A stretch of DNA of 63,501 bases, the filler included, from Octopus bimaculoides (taxonomy: Eukaryota): assembly GCF_001194135.2 (NCBI RefSeq). It is 8 parts of 7 records of this genome, joined end to end, with 100 filler letters (N's around TTAATTAATTAA, not from the genome) between each part and the next. Parts side by side here need not be neighbours in the genome. Positions count along the whole stretch, not along the records: positions 3,915 to 26,838 come from NC_069005.1; positions 26,939 to 30,799 come from NW_026360896.1; positions 30,900 to 39,712 come from NC_069008.1; 5 more parts are not named here. One strand, 5' to 3'. Below are positions 24,655-36,324 of this stretch, piece after piece. The notes below the pieces were generated by a model. That model saw only the letters and a list, made by a program, of their open reading frames with translations. It made no database searches and was not told where the DNA came from. Made by a program: the position numbers and the translations under genes. Each line of letters starts with the position of its first letter. Position 1 is the first letter of the stretch.

Positions 24655-26838
24655 TCATCAGAGGATGATAAACTTGCCTTCTGTCTATCACTTACAGAGA
24701 TTATATGCAGTATCCCCCACTATGACAAAGTTGTCATTTTCGGTGATTTTAATGCACACGTTGGTGCAGATTGGGAGACTTGGGTGTCTTAGGAAGGTAT
24801 GGGGTTGGGAATTCCAACAGTAATGGGTTACTACTGTTACAAATGTGCGTAGAGATGGATTTGTGTGTCACGAACACAATGTTTCAACTAAAAAATAACT
24901 ATAAAACGATATGTTTCTAAGAAATGGCATCTTAGAGATTAGATCCTCACCAGGAAACGAGATATTAGGGACTTTGCTATTGTACGAGTGATGCGTGGTG
25001 CAGAGAGCTGGACCGATCATAGGCTTTTTTGTGCCAAGGTGAATTTTATTTGAAACCTAAGGTTAGAGCAAATAATGACAAGTTACCTAAACGGATTGAT
25101 GTCAATAAACTTAAGATACCGTCAGTGCACATTGAGTTTCTGAGTGAGGCAAATAATTTGATCTGTGATGGAAGTTGGAAGTCATTCAAAGAAAGAGTGT
25201 ATGTGGTTTGTAGCAACATTCTTGGCTTTGTTGGATGAAGAAATCAGTCTTGTCTTAGAGGAGAAGCGAGAGGCATCTAATATGTTGCAAAGTGTTGACA
25301 TGTCAGCGAACATGACAGTGGCTACATATTTCAAGGCTGTAAAAGCAGCAGTGCAGAGGAAGCTGAGGATGATCCAGGAAAACTAGTGGAGTGATAGATG
25401 CGATGAAATCCAAGAAACTTCAAATGCTAACAATTCCAAACTTCTTTACTCCCTCTTGAAAAAGTTTATGGATCAGCTTCATCAACGGTTGCACCACTTC
25501 GTAGCAAGGATGGCACAGAATTATTAACAAATCCAAAAGATATTGTTGGGAGATCGTTGTTAGTGTTGTTGGAGAGCATTTTGATGAGTTGCTCGATAGA
25601 CCCATTGAAGTTTGAACTCTCTTTTCTTGATGATATACCGGAGAAACCAATAAAACATCTTTTAGCAGAGTTTCCAAACCTGGCTGAAATAAAAGTGGCA
25701 ATCAGGAAACTGAGCAATGGAAAGGCCTCTGGTATTGATAGACTAGATGCAGAGATATATAAATATGGTGGTGAACATCTCTGTACTATGTTGACGGATG
25801 TGATTCAGAGGGTTTGGCATAGTGAAGGGGTTCCTCCGGATTGGCGTGATGCATCTATAGAGATACTATATAAATCGAAAGGTGGAAAGGATGTCTGTGA
25901 TAATTATCGCGGCACTTGTCTGTTAGCTGTTGCTGGAAAGGTTCCTTGTAGGGTAATGCTGGACAGATTGCTTCTGCACATTGCTGATGAGGTTCTATCA
26001 AAATCGCAATGTGGGTTTAGGGATAGTAGGAGTACTATGGATATGATATTTTCAGCCAGACGATTGCGAAACTGATATGGACTTATATCAGGTTTTCATT
26101 GATCTAACGAAAGCATTTGATTCTGTTAATGGAGTTGCACTTTGGTAGATCCTGAAAAAGCTAGGATGCTCTGAAAAATTTGTGAGAATGCTTAGACAGT
26201 TTCATGACAAGATGAAAGTGAGAGTTAATGTTGGGGGCACCTTATCAGATCCAATCTCTATAGAATATGGTGTAAAACAAGATGATATTCCTGCTCCTAC
26301 ATTGTTTGCTATGTATTTTGCAATAGTCTTTCAAATAGCTTTTGAAGATTGCACTGAAGTGGTCTTTATAAGATATAGGACAACAGGAAAACTGTTCAAT
26401 CTCAAAAGACTCTACACCAAAACGAAAGTTCTGCATTCTGACCTCATTGAGTTCCTTTATGCAGACGACTGTGACTTGTTGGCACATTCTCAGAAAGATA
26501 TGCAGCACATACTGAATGCGATTTCTGCAGCATGTGCAGCATTAGGTCTAACGATCAATCTGAAATCCCTCCAAGATGTATGTGGAACCTTTTATAACTG
26601 TGAATGGTCAAAGGTTGGAGACTGTGTCTAAATTTATTCATTTAGGAAGTACCTTGAGCACTGCTGGTCTTGATGATGGAATTTCATACAGAATCAGCAG
26701 GGCTAGTAGGGCTTTTGGTAGGCTTGATAGGCGTTTGTGAACACGACATAATATATCTCACAAATTAAAGTTAAGGTATATAACACGTGCGTCCTGCCAC
26801 CTTTGCTATATGGGAGTGAGGCATGGGTTATTTACTGT
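24655..26838 (+). mobile_element. Degenerate RTE-clade LINE (APE endonuclease + RT), frameshifted, 3' end lost in gap
   Basis: VIFGDFNAHVG endonuclease motif; RT motifs KSQCGFR, FIDLTKAFDSV, LYADD; multiple stops and frameshifts. Confidence 0.9.
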
Positions 26839-26938
26839 NNNNNNNNNNNNNNNNNNNNNNNNNNNNNNNNNNNNNNNNNNNNTTAATTAATTAANNNNNN
26901 NNNNNNNNNNNNNNNNNNNNNNNNNNNNNNNNNNNNNN

Positions 26939-26987
26939 AAGGTTGACCTATAAAAGTCTGATGCTCTACCGACTGAGCTATGCGAGC
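26939..26987 (-). tRNA. trnK-UUU: 5' part of a third intron-containing tRNA-Lys(UUU), truncated by an assembly gap
   Basis: Reads GCTCGCATAGCTCAGTCGGTAGAGCATCAGACTTTTA followed by intron TAGGTCAACCTT, then Ns. Upstream flank is homologous to that of the 28092 copy. Confidence 0.8.
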
Positions 26988-28000
26988 GTACAGTTGATTC
27001 CTTATCACATTATCTATAAAAGTAAAGTTGATACAACCTTTCTTTTTGTATTGCAGTTTGATGACAATTCATTGAGCGTCTATTGTTTATGCCAAACTGA
27101 AGTACAAATACATAATAAGGTTCAAGTACGTTTAATGTCTCACCAATAAATTTTTGCACTTGTGAGGGTTAGCTTTTTTACTAATTGACGATTCCCTGCC
27201 CTGTATATCTATATTATAGTAATACCTCTAAGGTGGATAGCAAAACCGCAACAAGTCGTACGGGACTTATTTCTATGCCGGACTAATTATGATACACACT
27301 GAATTGAATTCATCAGGGTGAGAAATTTTAAACTCACTGACCGATAAATTTCTTAATGTGTGCCTCACGTGGTCTTGATGTCACATGGTCAAAATTAACG
27401 TGAGTTATTTAGACATTAGCAAATTTATTAGAATATTTAGCTGAAGATCGGAATGGGGTATTTCATACCCTTAACCGTGAAACGTCGTACTAAATTAACT
27501 AAAGGCAAGTTGTTTTTTTACTCTTCTCTTCTGTTTTTTGTTCTGTGTGTACCAAAAATATCGCTATCAAGTAGAGAAAAATTTGTAGTTTTGGAATCAG
27601 TAGTTCTTTAGTTGCTATTTCTGAATTCTCAGTATGTTGGAGAAGCAGGATACTGCTAATCCCTATATATTTATGATTATAAATGGTTTTATCGATAAGG
27701 TTTTTTCATACTGAGTTACCCGGCAAAATTGTTTATTTATTAATTTTATTACTAATTGACGATTCCCTGCCCTGTATATCTATATATATGTATATATATA
27801 TATATATTCCGAAGCACGTTAGTAGACTCGGATGTACAGAGCATCACATTTCAATAAACATAAACAATATACACGCAATGAAAAAAAAAAAAAAACTAAT
27901 AAACAGACGTGAATGAATTCATCGTAAAACTTCAGACGAAATGATAGCCGCACGGAAGACAGAAAGCAAAAGTAATATTCAATAGAACAAAAACGTTTTA

Positions 28001-28092
28001 CGCCCGCAGAGGGACTCGAACCCGCGACCCTCAGATTACTTCTAAGGTTGACCTATAAAAGTCTGATGCTCTACCGACTGAGCTATGCGGGC
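28001..28092 (-). tRNA. trnK-UUU: tRNA-Lys(UUU) with 19-nt intron (28037-28055) between positions 37 and 38
   Basis: Cloverleaf: GCCCGCA/TGCGGGC acceptor stem, GCTC/GAGC D stem, TCAGA/TCTGA anticodon stem, TTT anticodon, A and B boxes. T5 terminator at 27989-27993. One C50:U64 mismatch in the T stem. Confidence 0.93.
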
Positions 28093-29033
28093 GGACATCT
28101 GTACACTTGTCACATTATCTATAAAAGCAAAGTTGATACAAACTTTCTTTTTGTATTGCATTGTGATGACAATTCATTGAGCGTCCATTGTTCATGCCAA
28201 ACTGAAATACAAATATATAATAATCTTGAAGTGTATTTTACGTTTCACCGATTAATTCTTCCACTTAGGTAGGTTAGTATTTTCGAAATGAAAACGATTT
28301 AGTACTGAGGGAATGCACAACCCATCACCTCTTATAGGATAACATACGATCTTTTGAGAGCTCAAGACAAAAATGTGGAAAACTGTAAGTGGAGAAAGCC
28401 GGAGGTGTTCCTGAATTCTTGCAAAAGAGTGGAAACTCAAAGTACGAGATGCTGATATTAATTCGTGCAACGGCTCAACTTTGCAAGTTTTGTAGTACAT
28501 AACGTGATTTAAACTTGGAAAATAGAAAACCTGGTAACGACAGTTCTTAATTTGAATGAACAACGAAATATATACATGGCAGCTTGACATTATTACAATA
28601 ACCAAACGACACCTCAATCTTGAAATGGACTAAAAAACGAAGCCAAGTGAAGGAGTTAACGCCTTTAAAATCAATTAACTGAAATTTTGGCGAAATATGC
28701 ATGTTAAGTTCCTCTTATATTAAAATTTTACGGTATGAATCTGGAGAGTTTTCGGAGCTGTTAACTATAAATCGATCGACTACCCATATATTTCGTCACT
28801 TGCTTTCAGCGTTACCAAAACCTCTGAAAGCTCCAAATATCCAACAATGTTGAATTCAAAATAACTTTCGAATAACTCGAACGCAATTTCAAAAGATGCT
28901 TTTCAATATTACTCCTACTGTGATAAAGTGGGTATGTGAATACATACATAAATACATACATACATATATACATACATACAAACATGCATACATACACACA
29001 CACCCAAACACACACACACACACACACACACAC

Positions 29034-29064
<31 letters not shown>

Positions 29065-29510
29065 TGTATGTATGTATGCATGTATGTATGCCCTTTCTTC
29101 GTTTTTTAGTCCATTTCAAGATTGAGGTGTCGTTTGGTTATTGTAATAATAAGGTTGTAAATGTTTGATAGTTGTAACAGAGACATTAGTCTCTCTCTTT
29201 CACCTTTCAACAGCATTATATATTAAGGAACAGTAGAACAATTTAACAACATAATAAAATTAAGTTTTATTTTTGATGATGCTTGGTTATGTAAATCCTG
29301 TGTCACTTAGCTTAGCAGCTGCTGATTAAGTTGTAATTGGTATTGGAAGATTAAGAGCTTCCTTGAAGCATGCCAGAGGAGCAAATAGCTATCATATAGA
29401 TAGCATCGTGGTGAAGAGTGCTTCGATGAGGAGCGAGGTGTTCTCACGTAGAAGGTCTCTCGCTCAACAGTCTAAGAAAGTGAAACCCACTCTTTAAGTA
29501 CTAGTTTTAC

Positions 29511-29605
29511 TATGCATGCGCACTCGAGGGGTTTCTGGTGATGAAGTCCCTTGCGCATGCGCAGAATAGTACTTCCTCAATGGCGGCTATAATTTCGCGC
29601 CACTA
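29511..29605. promoter_or_regulatory. Candidate Pol II promoter motif cluster (NRF1 x2, YY1-like, E2F-like)
   Basis: TGCGCATGCGCA at 29552-29563, TGCATGCGCA at 29513-29522, ATGGCGGC at 29580, TTTCGCGCC at 29593; locally CpG-rich. Confidence 0.45.
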
Positions 29606-30085
29606 CAAGGTCAAACTGCCATGTATATATTTCGTTGTTCATTCAAATTATGAACTGTCGTTACCAGGTTTTCTATTTTCCAACTTTAAATCACTTTATC
29701 TCCTACAAAGCTGTCTGCGTTGACCCGTACCACGAATTAATATCACCACTCTTTTGTAAGAATTCAGGAACATCTCCGGTTTACTCCACTTACAGTTTTC
29801 CACACTTTTGTCTTGAGCTCTCACAAGATCGTATGATATCCTATGAGAAGTGATGGGTTCTTCTTTCCCTCAGTAATAAATCGTTTTCGTTTCCAAAATG
29901 CTAACCTACCTAAGTGGAAGAATTAATCGGTGAAACATAAAATACACTCCAAGATTATTATATATTTGTACTTCAATTTCTCATAAACAATGGACGCTCA
30001 ATGAATTTTCATCACAATGCAATAGAAAACGAAACTTTTTATCAAGTTTGCTTTTATAGATAATATGAGACCCAAACTGTTGTCC

Positions 30086-30177
30086 GCCCGCATAGCTCAG
30101 TCGGTAGAGCATCAAACTTTTATAGGTCAACCTTAGAAGTAATCTGAGGGTCGCGGGTTCGAGTCCTTCTCCGGGCG
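30086..30177 (+). tRNA. trnK-UUU: tRNA-Lys(UUU) with the same 19-nt intron; variant copy, possibly a pseudogene
   Basis: Same layout and identical intron. Mismatches at A30:C40, C6:C67 and C50:U64, plus a G51.U63 wobble. T5 terminator follows (taaaatgttttt). Confidence 0.85.
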
Positions 30178-30308
30178 TAAAATGTTTTTGCTTTATTGAA
30201 TATTATTTTTGCTTTCTCTCTTCCGTGGGGCTATCATTTCGTCTGAAGTTTTACGATGAATTCATTCTTATCTGTTTATTAGTCTTTTTTTCATATATNN
30301 NNNNNNNN

Positions 30309-30356
<48 letters not shown>

Positions 30357-30496
30357 ACACACACATGTATACACACACACACACAAGCATTCACACACAC
30401 AGATATATCCTCAGTAAATTATAAATCCGAAAGAAAACACATTCAATGTTATACACCAGTAGAGTATTCACAGAATGTTAGTTATGACAGGTTCAC

Positions 30497-30703
30497 AGGG
30501 TTACCCAGGGTTTCGCATTGATACGGCGCTTATTTTACACACATCTAGTTTGACCCTAATAGAACGTGGCTTAAAACTTCTCTTTAATGGCCGGTGGCCT
30601 AAAACCTTTCTGTGAAGAGAGATTATAGGCCACCGGGCATTAGCGCCTGATGAGACGCATACAAAGCTAAGTGCTTTATGGACGCAAAACTCTGGGTAAC
30701 CCT
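30497..30703. mobile_element. MITE-like element with about 20-bp TIRs and an internal hairpin
   Basis: agggttacccagggttt / aaactctgggtaaccct; inner inverted repeat at 30586-30644; no clean TSD. Confidence 0.55.
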
Positions 30704-33700
30704 ATGTACCGACTGCAATGATCACTCTTTCTCTCTCTTTATGTCTCTCTCTCTCTGTATGTATATATATACACACACACATATATATATATATATATAN
30801 NNNNNNNNNNNNNNNNNNNNNNNNNNNNNNNNNNNNNNNNNNNTTAATTAATTAANNNNNNNNNNNNNNNNNNNNNNNNNNNNNNNNNNNNNNNNNNNNG
30901 TCTCATAGTGTTGAAATGTCTCTCACACTAGCGCAATAGATGCGGCATTGTTCTCTATTATAACCTTAAGGCGGCGAGATGGCAGAATCGTTAGCACGCC
31001 GGGCGAAATACTTCGTTCTGAGTTCAAATTCCGCAGAGGTCGACTTTGCCTTTCATCCTTTCGGGGTCGATAAATTAAGTACCAGTTGTTTACTGAAATT
31101 GATCTAATCGACTGGCCCCTCCCCCAAAATTTCGGGCTTTGTGCCTAGAATAGAAAAGAATCATTCTCTAATAGGACTTGCAGTCAATTATCATTTTCGG
31201 CGGAGGTAAAGAATACGCACACCACCCGTTTTCGGCGTAATCCGAACGGCCAAATTTCGGTGGGGTGCATATTCTTTACCTTCGCCACTTTTTCTTTAAA
31301 ATTACTTAAAATTCTTGTCCTCTCTTTACAAGTTATCTGTAGCAAAAAGAAAGAAAACTAGAAAATGTTTTTCATTATATTGCTTTGGCTTAATCTTTAA
31401 GAGAACAGTTGAGATCACTCTTGATATTATATAATGCAATTGTAATTATTTTTTCTCTACAAAATAGAAGAGGTATTTATCAAAATAATACGACTCTGAT
31501 CTTTTTTCAGGTTGCAAGAGAAAGCCATGGAAGAAAAAGATTTAAACGTCACGTACATATCTAAACATATTCAATTTGTTTTCATTTAAAATCTTGCGGA
31601 GCTGTTACACCAAGACACATAATTAGCTGCTTAAATTAACTGATCTAGATAGCGGAACTATTGACCCCCTCAGAAATCATTTATCTAGTTCAGTTAAAGT
31701 AGGTTCCGTTGAATTTTGTGGTGTACGACCAGTTGAAGCACTTGGTGCGAAATTGTTTTTTTATTTATTTTCTCCTCTTTGTCTTTTCGTAAAAACACAT
31801 GGAAGAATTATGACTATTGATTAGGATTTGTATTTTAATTAAATAAATAAGTTCGATTAAAAATTCGGTCTCAATCGCTGCCCCAAGTTTTGGTAAAACT
31901 GGTGAATTATAATTATTATAAAATATAGAAATGAAAATATCTTTGAGAACAAAAAACAATTAAATTACATACACGAATAAATACCATTTATATCGTTAGA
32001 ATAAGTGTGTTGATTTCTTATTGCGTAAAACGTGTTTAATGAGTAACTTCAGAGCATAATGTGGAGGAGAAGAGAATTAATATCCATGTGTGACTAGCAA
32101 CATGAAAAGCTTATCAATTAACAAATCTGTACTTTACGTTATATATCACACGTAACAGTGGAGTGTCTTTTCGAAAATAACAGATCAACATTTCGGTTTG
32201 GAAGTATTTTCCTGTCGGTAAAAGCCAGGAAAACGACGACTGTTCCAATGTTGTTATATGTTTTCCCTTGTATAGAATCACTGAATCGTTGAAAGGGTTC
32301 CACATAATAATAACAATTCTATTATTATCTACACGCATTATTACAGATTTATTATTATTCAAGTAAACCTTTGTCGACTTACCGTTGTTTGTCACTGTTT
32401 CTTAACAGTGAATCAGTGCGTCGACCAAAATGCAAAAGGAATTCTCTCGTCCTTAGATCAGGATTTTCTCCACTTCCAAAGATTCTGCGACATCAACCTT
32501 CGTTTGGCTTCTCTTTTTAGACATCAATTCGTATCTTATCACAAAGAAGCTGACCTTGTGCCTTTAACTATACTTTCCATCTCTCTTAAATATGCCTGTA
32601 TATACTAGGGTACATTTCCTCTTTGATTAAGTATAAATTAAAATATATTTATATTGTTTTAATATTTTTTTTTAATTCTAAGATGATGATTCACAAATAC
32701 GTTGATTAATAGAGACAGTTATGAATTGTTGTCTGAACATTGAAGTTTTATCAACTATAATCGCATGTTTAGTTTGAATTATTTTTGTTAAAGATACTTC
32801 AATGTTTAATAATAGATTAATAGCAACATATTTCTCTCTCATTATCTGGTACTGTTGCATTCTAATTAAACTTGGGTACACCCACACAAGTGTTTCCCAG
32901 CCCCACCCCGAATTTATTTCCTCCAGAAAAATGGCGATTTTTTAAATGAAATTTTTTACAAATATGCCTCAGATGATGTTGGTTCCGATTATAACGGAAT
33001 TAGTTGTGAAAAAGTTTTTCCAAGGCTGGGAAGAAGAGTTTCGGAGAATTCACTCGAGTTGGCTTTGTTTCCTCATAACTTTCCGAAAAGTGAATATTTT
33101 TAAATGAAATTTTCTATAAATACTTTTCAGATAGTGTACATTACGATTATATTGGATTTTAATTTGAAAAGAAAATTGGTAGGTTCGCGCACGCATCAAA
33201 AATGAAACTTGAAATTTCGAAAAGGTTGATGTGTGTCAGTATGTATAAACGCGGACTCATCAATTTTTNNNNNNNNNNNNNNNNNNNNNNNNNNNNNNNN
33301 NNNNNNNNNNNNNNNNNNNNNNNNNNNNNNNNNNNNNNNNNNNNNNNNNNNNNNNNNNNNNNNNNNNNNNNNNNNNNNNNNNNNNNNNNNNNNNNNNNNN
33401 NNNNNNNNNNNNNNNNNNNNNNNNNNNNNNNNNNNNNNNNNNNNNNNNNNNNNNNNNNNNNNNNNNNNNNNNNNNNNNNNNNNNNNNNNNNNNNNNNNNN
33501 NNNNNNNNNNNNNNNNNNNNNNNNNNNNNNNNNNNNNNNNNNNNNNNNNNNNNNNNNNNNNNNNNNNNNNNNNNNNNNNNNNNNNNNNNNNNNNNNNNNN
33601 NNNNNNNNNNNNNNNNNNNNNNNNNNNNNNNNNNNNNNNNNNNNNNNNNNNNNNNNNNNNNNNNNNNNNNNNNNNNNNNNNNNNNNNNNNNNNNNNNNNN

Positions 33701-35059
33701 NNNNNNNNNNNNNNNNNNNNNNNNNNNNNNNNNNNNNNNNNNNNNNNNNNNNNNNNNNNNNNNNNNNNNNNNNNNNNNNNNNNNNNNNNNNNNNNNNNNN
33801 NNNNNNNNNNNNNNNNNCACACACACATACGTATATATATATATATACATATATACGACGGTCTTCTTTCAGTTTCCGTCTACAAAATCCACTCACAAGA
33901 CTTTGGTCGGCCCGAGGCTATAGTAGAAGACACTTGCCCAATGTGCCACGCAGTGGTTGGTAAGCAAGCTACTTACCACACAGTCACTCCTGCGCCTATA
34001 TAAATATATCACAAGATAATGATGTTTCATTTATCATGTTTACATTCTTCGCTTCAAATCAGTATGTTATTAATCTTAATATTTTTAATATAATCTTAAA
34101 CAATATATATATATATGTATGTGTATGTGTGTGTGTAGAGTGTTAGGTGTGATGTCCAGAAGTAAATATTGAAAAAAAAGTCGTCAGAATTTTGGAATAA
34201 CTTCTTTCCTTTATTGTATACATATATTAGCGCTTTCGTTCGTATTTCGAACTTTTCAAATATAACTGAAGATACAGAAATCTAGCTTATTTATATAAAA
34301 ACAGGTGTTTTGGGGGGTTTTGTTTATAACAGAACATTGTTTTGTTTTTTTTTTTGTTTTTTGGGGTGAGGGTTTGGAGACGATGGAAGATGTATAAGCA
34401 AATAGATAGATAGGCAGAAAGAGAGATAGATAGACTGATAGAGGGATGGATGTGGTATATATATTTCTGCTTCAATCACCACTTGTTCTTTATTTTCCCC
34501 TTCTACAGTTAGCTAAGTAAATTCTTCCTAGTAATGCCACATTGGTTGTTGTTCGTACCATCGGTAACTTCAACTATTTCCGATCTTCTTGTAAGCGTGC
34601 ACATTATTATCATTATTATTTCTCCACTAAATATCTTGTACCTTGTTTTACCATTAACTAGCGTTAATATCCGTATAATAATATAATATATTACTAGGCT
34701 ATGATGCTTTATTTATTTTTTATATTTACGTTCTTCACTTTATATTAAGTACGTCATCAGTTTTTTCCTTAAGGAGAAAATGTTTTATATTTGATGAACT
34801 CCCTTGGTTCTCTCCCTTTCTCCACTTTTGACTTCGCGGTTAGCTTTCGACTTCCTAGTTTACTGTGATCTATTTTGCCCTCCTCCCCCCATTTTAATCA
34901 ATTAATTTTAAACCTTTAGCATTACGTTTACAGCCACCTCCCTTTATAACTCTATGTAAACAAGCGTTCTTACTTCTAACGGTCACTTACTTGGCCATGT
35001 AATATTATAGCTTGTAAGTTACATCATCATTTCGCATTTGTCTTGCTTTTTATATGTTG

Positions 35060-35148
35060 ATTCCCTGACGATGAATATATGTGGAATTCCAGCAGCTCTT
35101 ACTTCTTTGGAGGAGGGAACACATACATTTTGAAACATGTGTAGGAAT
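35060..35148 (+). ncRNA. Type I hammerhead motif with extended stem II, in a probable Penelope-like pseudo-LTR
   Basis: AUUCC-CUGACGA, an 11-bp stem II (gaatatatgtg/cacatacattt, one mismatch), then GAA-ACA(UG)UGU-A-GGAAU. The junction pair is imperfect. Confidence 0.6.
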
Positions 35149-35360
35149 TAAAGGAACTTTTATTTATATGCGTTTTGCTCCATTTATTGTTATTATTCAT
35201 ATCTACTCAAAATGTATCGCTTCAACTTGGTATCTCTACCTATAAAACGGGTGTGATATCCTGGTTTTTTGTGTAATTTTTGCTACCCATGGTAACTATG
35301 AACATATTTATATTGTCAAAGATTTTTAAACTGAGATAATATTAATATATACATAAACTT

Positions 35361-35437
<77 letters not shown>

Positions 35438-35469
35438 TACATATATATATATATATACACACATACATA

Positions 35470-35683
35470 CAGGGTGACCCAAAAGTAAGTTTACAGTTAT
35501 CATGTAGGCAATTTAAATTTCTTTTAAAACATTTTATTACATTTAATTTTTCTATCTTACAATTAACTAAATTAGCATAGAATAATGGTTTCATATTTTT
35601 TCTATAATTAAGATCTAAACTGTTAATATATGAATGCGAAAGAGCTAGTTGAATAACTATAAACCTACTTTTGGGCCACCCTG
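35470..35683. mobile_element. Tc1/mariner-type MITE
   Basis: About 30-bp TIRs cagggtgacccaaaagt / acttttgggccaccctg; TA TSD. Confidence 0.85.
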
Positions 35684-36324
35684 TATACTACACATAGACA
35701 CACACACACACACACATACATACTCACACTCACCACTTTATACATACATCTTATGCTATGATAAAATATGTTTTATGCTTTATTTATTGATATCATAACA
35801 AATGATGCAGTGATATTATTACACATCTCTGAGAATATATTTCTCAGTTATTTACCCAACAATATCTTTCCTATATCCTGAAAATATTTTATATTGAATA
35901 TTTATGAGAATGTTTTTTATCTAAAATATTACAATAACATGTTATCTCACCAATGTTGATATAACTGTGGTGATATAAAATATAGTGATAACAGCTTGTT
36001 ATCACACTGCTGTATCTTCTTTCCCACGGGAATACATTTATGGTTATACAAGTTATTTCCTTAAATAGAATGGATTTTAACAAGCAGCTTGTGTCCAAGT
36101 AACCTTTTATGTCCCTCATAAAAGGTTACTAAAAGGGTTGGTATAAGGAAGGGCTTCTGGCTGTAAAACAACTCAAACAAACAACCATAGGTGGTATGTC
36201 TGTTTCCCAAGGTCCATGATTTATTAAGTCCGCAAGGCTAATCCATGATTTAGTAGAGAAAATCATCTTAAAATGTTGGTGGTGTTTGTTTGTTATAAAG
36301 AAATTTGACAGAGGCTATGAGGTA

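Noticed and set aside
30645-30690. CTGATGAG followed by hairpins, as a possible hammerhead
   Set aside because: No closing stem II and no GAAA at the required place.
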